Origin: Candidatus Woesearchaeota archaeon
Lineage (GTDB): Archaea > Nanobdellota > Nanobdellia > Woesearchaeales > SKGA01
Assembly (NCBI GenBank): GCA_007117735.1
Contig: SKGA01000030.1
Location: forward strand, 1 to 45,121
Length of the DNA: 45,121 bases
Direction of reading: 5' to 3'
Part shown: positions 36,517-45,121 of the stretch, piece after piece
Numbering within the stretch: position 1 is the first letter of the stretch
Layout of the letters: each line of letters opens with the position of its first letter
Made by a program: the position numbers and the translations under genes
Notes under the pieces: model-generated
Database searches by the model: none
Told to the model about the DNA's origin: nothing
What the model saw: the letters and a program-made list of their open reading frames with translations, nothing else

Positions 36517-39500
36517 ATGAAGACAATGACAAGAAATATTGCCTGTAGTGAGGCTATCACTCAATACTTTGACTATCTTGAAGATAAAACTCAAGAAGCA
36601 TTCTCTCTAGCTCAACAAGCACGAAAGCAAGGATTTGATCCTGCTAGTGAAGTAGAAATCAAACTTGCAAAAAACATGGCAGAGCGAGTAGTAGGAATTA
36701 TTGCAGTCCTTGCGCCACAAATTGTAGGAAGTGGAGTTGTTGAGCGAATTATCGAATTAGAAAAAGAATACGGATCACAAGATTGGAGAGTAGCATTTAC
36801 TATCGCTCTTGAAATTGCAAAACAACAATACTGTTCCTTTGAAACAGATCTTGAAGCGATAGAAATAGGAGTTCGAACAGGGTTTGCTTACGTGACGGTA
36901 GGTGTTGTTTCTTCACCGCTTGAAGGACTCACTAGTATTGAAATTAGACCTCGAAGAGATAAGCAAGGAGAATATTTTAAACTCAATTATGCAGGACCTA
37001 TTCGAAACGCAGGAGGGACTGCAGCAGCAACAAGTGTTCTTATTGCAGATTATGTGCGAAAACATTTAGGGTATGCAAAATACGATCCTGATGAAAAAGA
37101 AATCAAACGATGTCACGCAGAACTTGAAGACTATCATCAATACGTTGCAAACCTCCAATATTATCCTTACAAAGAAGAAAGTGAATTCTTAATGAAAAAC
37201 ATCCCTGTAGAAATTTCAGGAGATGCTTCAGAAAAACGAGAACTATCAAATGCAGCACTAAAAGATTTACCACGAGTAGAGACAAATAATCTACGAAGTG
37301 GATACTGTCTTATTCACTCCTCCTGTATTCCACTTAAAGCACCAAAATTATGGAAAAAACTTGGAAGTTGGGGAAAGGAATTTGGGATGGAAGATTGGGA
37401 TTTTCTTGAACAACATATTACGTTACAAAAAGAATTAAAATCAAAAAGTTCACAAAAAAAAGAACAAGAAAGTGAACAAAAAGTGAAACCAGATGGCGTT
37501 TTTGTACAAGATATTGTAGGAGGGCGACCTGTACTTGGACATCCGATGAGAAGTGGAGGGTTTCGACTACGATACGGACGAGGAAGAGCAAGCGGATACT
37601 CAGGACAAAGCATTCATCCCGCAACCATGCATATTCTTGAAGAATATATTGCAACAGGAACACAACTTAAAGTTGAACGACCAGGAAAAGCAGCAGCGTT
37701 CACGCCTTGTGACACTATTCTTGGACCTGTAGTAAAATTAAAAGATGGAAGTGTCTTACAACTGCAAGAAGAAGAACAAGCAAAAGCAGTTGCAAAAGAT
37801 GTGGAAGAAATACTTTACTTAGGAGATGTTCTTATTAATTATGGAGATTTCTTTGATCGGGCACACACCCTCGTACCACCAGGATACTGTGAAGAATATT
37901 GGACGCTACAACTACAAGAAAAAATTAAAGAAGGAAAAGAGCCAAGTATTGATAAAGAAAAATTACAAGAATTACTTGAGCAACCATTACAAACTAACCT
38001 TGATTATTTAACAGCAAAAACGATCAGTCAACAAACAGAAATACCACTCTATCCAAAACATATCTTTTTTTACAAGGAAATAACAAAAGAAGAACTTCTC
38101 ACTCTTTATCGAGAAGTGACACGAGTAGAATTAGAAGTGCCAAAACTCTTTTTTAACAAGGAAGCAAAACGAACATTAGAACTGTTAGGGGTAGAACACA
38201 CTATCGAAAACAATCTTCTTTGTGTGAAAGGAGATAGGGCTCTTGCACTTAGTGACACCTTAGGAATACACTCTCAGTTAGATGCACAAAGCCAAGAGAA
38301 AAAATTCAAAGAACAAGAAGAGGAAGATGTTCTTACTCTTATTAATAATATTTCTCCATTTGAGATTAAAGATAAATCAGGAATCTTTATTGGAAGTCGA
38401 ATGGGTCGTCCTGAAAAAGCAAAAATGAGAAAACTCACTGGATCACCACACGGACTATTCCCTGTAGGAGAAGACGGTGGACGACTTAGAAGTTTTCAAA
38501 GCGCACTACAAAAGAAAAAAGTAACAAGCACGTTTCCTGTTTTCCATTGTCCTAATTGTAAAAATGTTACTCCATTTAGTATCTGTGAAATGTGTGAAAC
38601 AAAAACAGCACGACAAAAAATAGAATTAGGAACAAAAGAAGAGTACGATCCAAAAAAGGCAAAAGAATTTCCAGAGAAAAAATTCCTTGATTACAAAGAA
38701 TGGTCCGTTCCTATTGTTGATTTATTTCAATACTGTTTGAAAAAAATGAATACAAGAATTTATCCAGACCTTATCAAAGGAGTGAGAGGAACAGTAGGTG
38801 TTGATCATACCCCTGAACACCTCATAAAAGCAATTCTTCGAGCAAAACACGGCGTTCATGTAAACAAAGATGGAACGGTACGATACGATGCTTCAGAAAT
38901 TACCCTTACTCATTTTAAACCAAAAGAAATAGGAACAAGTATTGAGAAATTACGAACATTAGGCTATACTCACGATATTTATAACAAGCCTTTAGAGAAT
39001 GAAGAACAAATTCTTGAATTAAAAGCACAAGACCTCGTACTTCCAGCCTGTGAAGTGAGTTTGGAAGAAGGAAGCGATGCTATTTTATTACGAACCAGCC
39101 AGTTTATCGATGACCTTTTAGAAAATCTTTATCAACTACCTCCTTATTATAATGCAAAAACACCACAAGATCTTGTTGGAGAACTTATTATCGGACTTGC
39201 ACCACACACCTCAGCAGGGAGTGTTGGAAGAATTATAGGATTTTCAAAAACACAAGGAATGTTAGCACACCCACTTTATCACGCGGCGATGCGACGAGAC
39301 TGTGACGGGGATGAGAGTTGTTTCTTTTTACTCTTAGATGGATTTCTTAATTTCTCAAAAAAATATCTCAGTACTAATAGAGGTGGAACGATGGATGCTC
39401 CTTTAGTATTAACGAGTATTCTTAACCCATCAGAAGTTGATGACATGGCCTTTAATGTCGATATTGTCGATCACTATCCACTAGAATTTTATCAAGCAGC

Positions 39501-40047
39501 AGAAGAATATAAAAAACCCTGGGATGTGAAAATAAAAAAAATAAACGAAGTACTATTCACAGCAGAACAATTCGAAGGACATTTATTTACACACGATACG
39601 AATGATATTAACGCAGGAGTACTTTGTTCAGCATATAAAACACTACCTAGTATGGGAGAAAAAATAGAAGGACAAATGAGTCTTGCAAAAAAAATACGAG
39701 CAGTAGAAACAAGCGATGTAGCTCGACTCGTTATTGATAAACATTTCATTAGAGATACGAAAGGGAACCTTCGAAAATTCAGTCTACAAAAATTCAGATG
39801 CGTACATTGTAATGAAAAATATCGACGACCACCACTTATTGGAAAATGTACTGAATGTGGAGGAAAAATAATTTTCACCATCTCAGAAGGAAGCATTATG
39901 AAATACATGCAAATGAGTCTTGACCTCGCAGAAGAATACGGTGTAAGTGAATACTTAAAAGAAAGTCTTTACTTAACTCAAAAAAGAATATTAGATGTTT
40001 TTGGAAAAGACAAAGAAAAACAAACAGGGTTAGGAGACTTTGTTTAA
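36517..40047 (+). CDS. polC: DNA polymerase D large subunit DP2
   Basis: AGPIRNAGGT, GFRLRYGR, RMGRPEKAK, catalytic RRDCDGDE, C-terminal Zn finger CVHC...CTEC, PIP-like QTGLGDF; no intein. Confidence 0.97.
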   Translation: MKTMTRNIACSEAITQYFDYLEDKTQEAFSLAQQARKQGFDPASEVEIKLAKNMAERVVGIIAVLAPQIVGSGVVERIIELEKEYGSQDWRVAFTIALEIAKQQYCSFETDLEAIEIGVRTGFAYVTVGVVSSPLEGLTSIEIRPRRDKQGEYFKLNYAGPIRNAGGTAAATSVLIADYVRKHLGYAKYDPDEKEIKRCHAELEDYHQYVANLQYYPYKEESEFLMKNIPVEISGDASEKRELSNAALKDLPRVETNNLRSGYCLIHSSCIPLKAPKLWKKLGSWGKEFGMEDWDFLEQHITLQKELKSKSSQKKEQESEQKVKPDGVFVQDIVGGRPVLGHPMRSGGFRLRYGRGRASGYSGQSIHPATMHILEEYIATGTQLKVERPGKAAAFTPCDTILGPVVKLKDGSVLQLQEEEQAKAVAKDVEEILYLGDVLINYGDFFDRAHTLVPPGYCEEYWTLQLQEKIKEGKEPSIDKEKLQELLEQPLQTNLDYLTAKTISQQTEIPLYPKHIFFYKEITKEELLTLYREVTRVELEVPKLFFNKEAKRTLELLGVEHTIENNLLCVKGDRALALSDTLGIHSQLDAQSQEKKFKEQEEEDVLTLINNISPFEIKDKSGIFIGSRMGRPEKAKMRKLTGSPHGLFPVGEDGGRLRSFQSALQKKKVTSTFPVFHCPNCKNVTPFSICEMCETKTARQKIELGTKEEYDPKKAKEFPEKKFLDYKEWSVPIVDLFQYCLKKMNTRIYPDLIKGVRGTVGVDHTPEHLIKAILRAKHGVHVNKDGTVRYDASEITLTHFKPKEIGTSIEKLRTLGYTHDIYNKPLENEEQILELKAQDLVLPACEVSLEEGSDAILLRTSQFIDDLLENLYQLPPYYNAKTPQDLVGELIIGLAPHTSAGSVGRIIGFSKTQGMLAHPLYHAAMRRDCDGDESCFFLLLDGFLNFSKKYLSTNRGGTMDAPLVLTSILNPSEVDDMAFNVDIVDHYPLEFYQAAEEYKKPWDVKIKKINEVLFTAEQFEGHLFTHDTNDINAGVLCSAYKTLPSMGEKIEGQMSLAKKIRAVETSDVARLVIDKHFIRDTKGNLRKFSLQKFRCVHCNEKYRRPPLIGKCTECGGKIIFTISEGSIMKYMQMSLDLAEEYGVSEYLKESLYLTQKRILDVFGKDKEKQTGLGDFV

Positions 40048-40098
40048 GACCTGCAAAACATAAACGTTTAAAAAGAAAGAGATATTTTACTTCTACCT

Positions 40099-40506
40099 AT
40101 GGATTATAAAGAATTACTTTTACGAGGAAGAAATCAACTACCTGAAGAGCAAACAAAAAGCCAACGATTTGAAATTCCAAAAGTAAAAGGACATGTACAA
40201 GGGAATAAAACAATTATCTCAAATTTAGGAGAAATTGCAAAAACACTTGAACGAAAATTAGAACTTCTTGTAAAATTTATAGAAAAACAACTTGCAGCCA
40301 AAGCAATTATTGAAAAAAACTTCGTTATTTTTAATGCAAAGCTTTCAGCAGGAAAAATTAATATTAGAATCCAACAATTTGCAGATCAATTTGTTATTTG
40401 TAAAGAATGTGGAAAACCAGATACTTCTTTAAGTAAAGACACAGGAGTCTTTTTCCTTAAATGTTCAGCATGTGGTGCAAAATACAGCCTGAACACAAAA
40501 ATCTAG
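40099..40506 (+). CDS. eif2b: Translation initiation factor aIF2 beta subunit
   Basis: RFEIP...GNKTII.N, CKECGKPDT, CSACGA. Confidence 0.93.
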   Translation: MDYKELLLRGRNQLPEEQTKSQRFEIPKVKGHVQGNKTIISNLGEIAKTLERKLELLVKFIEKQLAAKAIIEKNFVIFNAKLSAGKINIRIQQFADQFVICKECGKPDTSLSKDTGVFFLKCSACGAKYSLNTKI

Positions 40507-40545
40507 TGGAAACATATTTAAACTTCATCTGCTCAAAAAGAAGTA

Positions 40546-41274
40546 ATGAAGCTAAGAAAAAAAATTGATCGATACTTAGATTTTACTTCACAAGAAAAAA
40601 TCGATTATGCGATTACAGCAATTGTCTTTGCAAGTGTATTTTTCTTTTTTCTCTGGAGAGTTACTCCTCTCACGTATTTTCTCGCATTTCAACTCTATCT
40701 TAGTCTTTTAGTTGCAAGCTTTATTGTTGTTGGATTATTTGTCTTTCTAAGCAAAAGTATAGCTATTTATTATGATTATACTGCCACGTATGAACGATGG
40801 ACAACAGGATTGCTCATAGGATTTTTTATTACTTTTCTGAGTTATGGATTTGTTCCTGTAAGTTTTGCAGGAAGTATTGATATGAAACGAATACCTTCCC
40901 TAGGACATGGGAAAATATTCTCAGGAGAAAATAAGAGTGAACTCTTTAATACAAAACTTCTTGTTCTCGCAACACTTACCTTCTTTGGTATAGCGATGCA
41001 AATTATTCATAGCATTATAGGAATGTCTTTTTTTGCTTATCTAACACAAATAACAGGACTGGTAGTTTTTCTAAGTATCTTACCACTTGGAAAAACATTT
41101 GGAATTATTCTTTTCCATACGAAAAAACAAAGCTATTTCTTATACGGAAGCATTCTTCTTGCAATAAGTGCTCTTCTTATCGTGAATAATATGTATGCAG
41201 TGTATATTGGACTTCCTGTTGGTCTTGTTCTTGGGTTTATTGTGCAAAGATTATTTGCAAAAATGACTCGTTAG
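40546..41274 (+). CDS. Multi-pass membrane protein
   Basis: About 6-7 hydrophobic segments; no recognised motif. Confidence 0.75.
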   Translation: MKLRKKIDRYLDFTSQEKIDYAITAIVFASVFFFFLWRVTPLTYFLAFQLYLSLLVASFIVVGLFVFLSKSIAIYYDYTATYERWTTGLLIGFFITFLSYGFVPVSFAGSIDMKRIPSLGHGKIFSGENKSELFNTKLLVLATLTFFGIAMQIIHSIIGMSFFAYLTQITGLVVFLSILPLGKTFGIILFHTKKQSYFLYGSILLAISALLIVNNMYAVYIGLPVGLVLGFIVQRLFAKMTR

Positions 41275-41283
41275 TGAATTTTG

Positions 41284-41559
41284 CTACACAGAGAAAAAAC
41301 TATACACTCCTTTTGCTGCAAGAACACTTCCAAAAAAGAATGATAAAAAGACCACTGGAAGGAGTAAAGAAAGTAACATATATGATCCTGTGAGAAGATC
41401 AAAGAAACTAAAAACATCACCAAAATAAAGATAACCTTTGATAATAAGATACAGTGAAAGACCAATAAATAAACGAAGAGGAGAAAAATCCACTAATGAT
41501 AAGAATAAGAGTGCCGCAGCAAAGATATCTAAAAGACTATACAATTTTACGATAAACAT
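41284..41559 (-). CDS. Small membrane protein
   Basis: 91 aa, almost entirely hydrophobic. Confidence 0.65.
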   Translation of the reverse strand: MFIVKLYSLLDIFAAALLFLSLVDFSPLRLFIGLSLYLIIKGYLYFGDVFSFFDLLTGSYMLLSLLLPVVFLSFFFGSVLAAKGVYSFFSV

Positions 41560-41586
41560 GAATTGTAAAGAAAGAAAGAGATATTT

Positions 41587-42069
41587 TTAAACTTTATTGT
41601 AGACTATTTTGTAGAGTTGAATGAAGGAAGTAGGATCGAGAGGAATACCTAGATCACTAATTTTTTGAGCTAAACGTTGTCCAGGACGAGCATCATCAGG
41701 TTCATTAAACTGAAGAAAAGAAGAAAGAAGAGAAGAGTAAATATAACGTTGATTTAATAAAAGAACAACTTGTTTATTTTTTTTAGAAATTTTACCAGAA
41801 CTAAGAGAAAGAGAGATATCCTCTTTTACTAAAAGATTTTTTTGCAAAACAAAACCTGCAGCTTTAAAGAACTCTTGGAGTGTAAAGAAAAGAGCGTCTT
41901 GTTTTGAAGGAGTAGAAGAAAAATCAAGGGAAAGAGAGGAAACAGTACCACAATCATAAATTCTTCCCAAATATTTTTTAGAAACTTGTTTTACTTTACC
42001 ATCCACCCAAGAATTCTCAACAAGATACGCATACTTGTTACCTTTGATAGTTTTTGCGCGAACAAACAT
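41587..42069 (-). CDS. Hypothetical protein with N-terminal beta-sheet nucleic-acid-binding-like motif
   Basis: MFVRAKTIKGNKYAYLVENSWVDGKVKQVSKKYLGR; ATG overlaps the DP1 stop (TAATG). Confidence 0.75.
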   Translation of the reverse strand: MFVRAKTIKGNKYAYLVENSWVDGKVKQVSKKYLGRIYDCGTVSSLSLDFSSTPSKQDALFFTLQEFFKAAGFVLQKNLLVKEDISLSLSSGKISKKNKQVVLLLNQRYIYSSLLSSFLQFNEPDDARPGQRLAQKISDLGIPLDPTSFIQLYKIVYNKV

Positions 42070-43595
42070 TATGATTTAACCTTATCTTTTTGACGTTGCT
42101 CTTCTAACAATCTTCGATACTCGGCAACAGATTTTGTATCAGGAATGGTTGAAAAGTTTAAGAGTTTCACTTCACGAGTTTTCAAACTCACACAAAAAGC
42201 TCTGCCCGGCTGTGGTTCTAAACCACGCTTTTCTTGATCTTCAGTAATTGCTGTCCAACTTGAACTTTGAATACAAGTAATATTTCTATACTGGGTTGTC
42301 TGAGCTCGATGAATATGACCTGAAACAAAAATATCAGGAATAGGATCGATTAATAAGGCATCCTCAACAGGATCAGGAATATATAATGAAGAACCATGAG
42401 ACGGTGCAAGATGTCTTTTTTGTAATAAGAATTTCATAATTTCATCGCTTGCTTTCTGACCACCTTTTTCACGAATACTAGGAATAGCATCAGCATAATA
42501 AACCAAAGAATAACCATGATACAATAAAACATTAATACCTGGAAAATCTTCAGTTTTATCAAGAGCAACAACAGAAGGGTTTGAAACCATAATTACATTT
42601 TCCATCTCCCATAAATCTTTTGCATATTCTTTTGGAAGAGGAAGTTGAGGCTCCGCAATTCGACCAACATCATGATTTCCAGCACAAATAATGATTTTAA
42701 TATGAGAAGGAATTTTTTTCAAATATAAAGCAGATAATTCATATTGTTTATAGACACTTATTACGCTTAAATCATTTTCTTGACCAGGATAAATACCAGC
42801 ACCTTCAATAATATCACCAGGAATAACAACATATTTTACTTTCTTTGCCATTTCTCGTTGCTTGAGTGAACCTAATTTGCCATTCAGCCACAACAATAAA
42901 CGTTGAAATTCTTTTTTTAAAAATTCTTTAGAACCAAAATGAATATCTCCAAAAAAAACAACGTAATGATCATACGGAGATTTTCTTAATTCTTTGTTAA
43001 GAGGAATATCTGGAAAAATAATTGTATTTGCAAAAACAATTTCTCCACCACTAGAACCAACAATACCAATAGTTTCATCTAAAACAATATCTTTAGCGAT
43101 GGCTAATAAATCTTTATTATCATTATGAATAAGAACTTTAATCGTCCCACTTAAATCTTCTAGTGTAAGAATAATGTGTTTGTTTTTTGTTTCTTGAACA
43201 TCAAGAACCATACCAATAAGAGAAACAGTTTCTCGCTCTTTTTTAGAACGAATCCGCGCAATACTAGATAAACCTTGTAATTCAGATCTATTTTTTAACA
43301 TTCCTTCAAGATGTTTAAAACGAACTGTAAAATGTTTGACAAAATCTTGAATTGTTCTTTTTGAAGGAGTTTTTTCAAAACTTTTTATGATTTCAACAGA
43401 ACCTTTTGATTCTGATTTAAAATGTTGAACAAAAAAGGAAGTAGTAGAAAGGTCAGGAAAGTTCTTCTTGAAAAAAACTTTCAAAGCCTCTTCTTGCTGA
43501 GGAGACTCTAAAACTTCTCGAATTTCTTGTTCAATATCTTCATCAACAAATTCATGATTATCGACAAGAAAATTAGTTACCGTTGTAATATCCAT
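42069..43595 (-). CDS. polB: DNA polymerase D small (exonuclease) subunit DP1
   Basis: OB fold (LEDLSG); calcineurin-like motifs DIHFGS, GDIIEG.GIYPGQ, GNHD, HG, HLAPSHG, GHIH. Confidence 0.95.
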   Translation of the reverse strand: MDITTVTNFLVDNHEFVDEDIEQEIREVLESPQQEEALKVFFKKNFPDLSTTSFFVQHFKSESKGSVEIIKSFEKTPSKRTIQDFVKHFTVRFKHLEGMLKNRSELQGLSSIARIRSKKERETVSLIGMVLDVQETKNKHIILTLEDLSGTIKVLIHNDNKDLLAIAKDIVLDETIGIVGSSGGEIVFANTIIFPDIPLNKELRKSPYDHYVVFFGDIHFGSKEFLKKEFQRLLLWLNGKLGSLKQREMAKKVKYVVIPGDIIEGAGIYPGQENDLSVISVYKQYELSALYLKKIPSHIKIIICAGNHDVGRIAEPQLPLPKEYAKDLWEMENVIMVSNPSVVALDKTEDFPGINVLLYHGYSLVYYADAIPSIREKGGQKASDEIMKFLLQKRHLAPSHGSSLYIPDPVEDALLIDPIPDIFVSGHIHRAQTTQYRNITCIQSSSWTAITEDQEKRGLEPQPGRAFCVSLKTREVKLLNFSTIPDTKSVAEYRRLLEEQRQKDKVKS

Positions 43596-44825
43596 TTAAT
43601 TATCCACACCTAATTCTTGAGCTAAAATAAGGAATACTTTATCAAGTAAATGAGAAGGGATTGCTAAATGAATCTCTCGAGTTCTTCCAAAACGACCTTT
43701 AGAAATTACTTTTGCATTAATTAAACCAAGCATGTCTAATTCTGCAATAATATCTGAAATTCTTCTTTGAGTAATAGGACGTAAACCCATCTCAGAACAA
43801 CGTTCTTTGTAAATATCATAAACATCACCAGTAAAGATAGCTCGTTTTTTATTCTTGACTTTTTGATTATTTAATAAAGAGAATACTGCAAATAAGACTG
43901 CTTGAAATTGTTTAGGTTGGGTTTTAACAACATCAACAATACGTTCACGCTCAATTTTCTCTTCAGCTAAATCAATATGCTTAATCATTACTTTTTCATC
44001 TTTTGTACGTTCAGCAAGCTCACCCGCAACCCTTAATAAGTCAATAGCTCGACGTGCATCACCATGCTCTCTTGCAGCATAAGCAGAACATTTAGGAATA
44101 ACACCATCATCAATTTTTCCAGGTTTAAAAGCCTGTTCGCATCGTTTCCTTAAAATATCTTGAATTTGAAGAGCATTATATGGATGAAATAATACTTCTT
44201 CCTCACTTAAACTACTTTTTACTCGAGGATCAATATGGTTTGCAAACATTAAATCGTTACTAATACCAATAATAGAAATTTGAGCTTGTTTTAATTCACT
44301 ATTAATTCGTGTGAGATTGTAAATAATTTCATCGCCAGTTTTCTTAATTAATTGGTCAATTTCATCAAGAACAAGAATAAGAAGTTGCTCTGATTCATCA
44401 AGAGCTTGGTAAAAAATATTGTATACTTCATCCGTTGGAAGACCTGTTGCAGGAATAGTTTTTCCTAAATTTCTTGCGATTTCTGCAATAAGACGATATT
44501 CTGTATCTGCAACTTTTTTTAATTTACAATTAATGTACATTATTTTGATAGGAATGTCATTTTCTTTTGCAACTTCTGAAATTTGTTCAGTCGTATATTT
44601 TACCGATAAGGTTTTTCCTGTGCCTGTTTTTCCATATATAAAAAGATTTGATGGTTTTTCTAATTTTAAACTTGGAGCGAGAATTTCTGCAATTTGGTTA
44701 ATATGTTCATCACGATGTGCTATTTGATCTGGTACGAAAGATACTTGCATTGCCTTCTTATTCGCGAAAATTGATTCTTGTGCTAAAAATGATTTAAAAA
44801 ATCCCCCTAAACTTTTACTTGCCAT
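43596..44825 (-). CDS. cdc6: Orc1/Cdc6 replication initiator
   Basis: Walker A GKTGTGKT, LDEID, DPRVKSSL, GDARRAIDLLR, wHTH SKGRFGRTR; start reset to MASK at 44825. Confidence 0.96.
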   Translation of the reverse strand: MASKSLGGFFKSFLAQESIFANKKAMQVSFVPDQIAHRDEHINQIAEILAPSLKLEKPSNLFIYGKTGTGKTLSVKYTTEQISEVAKENDIPIKIMYINCKLKKVADTEYRLIAEIARNLGKTIPATGLPTDEVYNIFYQALDESEQLLILVLDEIDQLIKKTGDEIIYNLTRINSELKQAQISIIGISNDLMFANHIDPRVKSSLSEEEVLFHPYNALQIQDILRKRCEQAFKPGKIDDGVIPKCSAYAAREHGDARRAIDLLRVAGELAERTKDEKVMIKHIDLAEEKIERERIVDVVKTQPKQFQAVLFAVFSLLNNQKVKNKKRAIFTGDVYDIYKERCSEMGLRPITQRRISDIIAELDMLGLINAKVISKGRFGRTREIHLAIPSHLLDKVFLILAQELGVDN

Positions 44826-44828
44826 ATA

Positions 44829-45121
44829 TTCCAGAAGAAACAAAGGTTTTAAAAATAAATTGCGTGTGGAACTATAGTAATTAAAACATATATATTGGAA
44901 AGACTATATTTAGAGCGAATAGATGTGACACCTTAATTTCCTTTAGAGATTGTAATTAAAATAAAAAAGATAAGGGTTTGAAAAAAATAATATGTATACA
45001 TAAACTAATAATTGTTTAAAATATGTTGATTTACTATATCGACTACATAAGTAAATTCAATTACAAAATAAAAAGTGTTACATATACATTAAAATAAATA
45101 ATTTATAATATATAATATACA
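44829..45121. other. Probable chromosomal replication origin (oriC): inverted ORB-like pair plus very AT-rich DNA
   Basis: Plus strand 44829-44849 TTCCAGAAGAAACAAAGGTTT; minus strand 44928-44948 CTCTAAAGGAAATTAAGGTGT; directly upstream of cdc6; non-coding AT-rich sequence to the window end. Confidence 0.7.

Noticed and set aside
40501..40513. ATCTAGTGGAAAC as another ORB
   Set aside because: Core similarity only, no G-string, and it overlaps the aIF2-beta stop and the next promoter; may be chance.
713..44727. Many antisense or alternate-frame ORFs in the track (e.g. 713-1144, 6415-6915, 7306-7692, 26494-26838, 39492-39908, 44419-44727)
   Set aside because: They are shadows of well-supported genes on the other strand or frame and have no motifs of their own.
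6920..44825. Inteins in GyrA, RadA, DP2 or Cdc6
   Set aside because: Lengths are normal and no intein splice-junction or LAGLIDADG blocks were seen.

Overview
Core chromosomal region of a small-genome DPANN archaeon, most consistent with Woesearchaeales. The assignment rests on archaeal informational genes, a fused PriS-PriL primase, a bacterial-type gyrase A, an N-terminally extended uS14 and very tight gene packing. From left to right: the 5' end of a divergent ribonucleotide-reductase-like gene, PCNA, RNase J, an intron-containing tRNA-Leu(CAA), three small helical proteins, a surface protein, a coupled scpB-gyrA-radB cluster, uS2, TRAM, TrmB, an ArmA/RmtB(FmrO)-like 16S rRNA methyltransferase coupled to pelota, and radA preceded by a PC4-like protein. 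Next come a winged-helix gene flanked by 17-bp palindromes and an ORB, the uL3-to-eL14 ribosomal superoperon (adk and cmk missing), primase, Hef, both PolD subunits, aIF2-beta, and cdc6/orc1 with a probable replication origin at the right edge. The most striking unexplained structure is the radA / wHTH divergon at 16.8-17.65 kb. It holds three perfect AGTCTCA-N3-TGAGACT palindromes, a fourth imperfect copy inside the wHTH gene, a near-canonical ORB about 28 kb from cdc6, and a 9-mer shared at identical spacing with the hef promoter. This is a candidate undescribed DNA-repair/replication control system or secondary origin. All family calls are from recalled motifs, not database searches. No CRISPR, rRNA or intact mobile element was seen.
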